Shown here: positions 33,185 through 33,777 of the stretch, piece after piece
How positions within the stretch are numbered: the stretch's first letter is position 1
How the letters are laid out: each line of letters opens with the position of its first letter
Virus record (IMG/VR): IMGVR_UViG_3300043442_000626
Location: 1 to 33,777 of that record
Origin: a virus
Taxonomy: Duplodnaviria > Caudoviricetes
Length of the DNA stretch: 33,777 bases
Direction: 5' to 3' (one strand)
Made by a program: the position numbers and the translations under genes
The notes under the pieces: generated by a model
Told to the model about the DNA's origin: nothing
Databases searched by the model: none
What the model saw: only the letters and a program-made list of their open reading frames with translations

Positions 33185-33777
33185 TTATGCATCTGCAGCA
33201 GCGTCTGCCCAAACGATTGCATCTTCTTCTTCCCATTGAATACCGAAACGAACAAAGACAGTATACTCAATTGTATCCTTCTTTGCCTTGTATTCACGGT
33301 TTACAACGATGTCTCGTTGGAAGCCCCATACACGGTTCTGAGGGAATGTCAAATCGACATATCCTTCAGGATAGTAAGGAACTTCTTGTACATCGATACC
33401 TAGAACACGAGTTGTACGTGCTCCACCGAATGTCTGGCCAGCACCGTCTAAATAAGACTGTGTATTGGCTGATGTATTACCATTCTTACCCAATGCTTCT
33501 GCAATTGCATCTGACAAGGTACCGTTATTTTTAACAATACCTGCAAATGTATCAGTACCTACGTAGAACTTAAGATTGTTCTTAAGTGCACGGTACTTAC
33601 GTGGCATAGCAAGAATGAGGTTCTGCATTACTGCAGGTGTCCATGCATTATCAGCAACAGTTACTGCTGCTTCATGCGAATCTCCATTATCCTTGTGCTT
33701 CTTAATAAAGCCAGGCATAATTGAGAGGAATGGTCCAGTTGCACCATCACCGTTAATTGCAAGATCTTCAATATCGT
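33185..33777 (-). CDS. Major capsid protein (HK97 fold), C-terminal part; start lies beyond the window
   Basis: Frame is open to the edge: DIEDLAINGDG...AMPRKYR...RVLGIDVQEVPYYP...LTFPQN...YTVFVRFGIQWEEEDAIV. Confidence 0.88.
   Translation of the reverse strand, partial: DIEDLAINGDGATGPFLSIMPGFIKKHKDNGDSHEAAVTVADNAWTPAVMQNLILAMPRKYRALKNNLKFYVGTDTFAGIVKNNGTLSDAIAEALGKNGNTSANTQSYLDGAGQTFGGARTTRVLGIDVQEVPYYPEGYVDLTFPQNRVWGFQRDIVVNREYKAKKDTIEYTVFVRFGIQWEEEDAIVWADAAADA

Noticed and set aside
1159-33534. Plus-strand ORFs in the track (e.g. 1651-1953, 4567-5037, 20385-20669, 27093-27458, 33101-33403, 33187-33534)
   Set aside because: They lie largely antisense to well-supported minus-strand genes, have no recognisable motifs or RBS, and look like shadow ORFs.
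1-33777. CRISPR array, tRNA, integrase/att site, diversity-generating retroelement
   Set aside because: Intergenic gaps are at most about 100 nt and are explained by promoters/terminators; no reverse transcriptase, recombinase, spaced repeats or template/variable repeat pair was seen by eye.

Overview
A 33.8 kb AT-rich fragment of a tailed dsDNA phage (siphovirus-type), with every credible gene on the minus strand. Reading in transcription direction (right to left): end of an HK97-like major capsid gene, head-tail joining genes, major tail protein, two paralogous tail-assembly chaperones, a 2677-aa tape measure protein and minor tail proteins. With no visible terminator in between, a replication/recombination module follows: Zn-finger, HTH regulator, DnaB helicase, DnaG-type primase, SSB, DnaE, RecA, Zn-ribbon and a Holliday-junction-resolvase-like nuclease. 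A 3-TM membrane protein plus a flavin-dependent halogenase are inserted between primase and SSB. At least three tandem paralogous 2OG-Fe(II) oxygenase-like genes follow the resolvase; the third runs off the left edge and is missing from the ORF track. Gene content and extended -10/leaderless promoters suggest an actinobacterial host, which is inference only. Most notable: (1) the halogenase cassette, with His at the catalytic Glu position; (2) the oxygenase array; (3) the usual G/GT tail-chaperone frameshift apparently replaced by a gene duplication with separate expression signals; (4) a modular tape measure protein with Cys-rich, (GP)8 and SDFG repeats. All functional calls come from motif recognition by eye; no searches were run.
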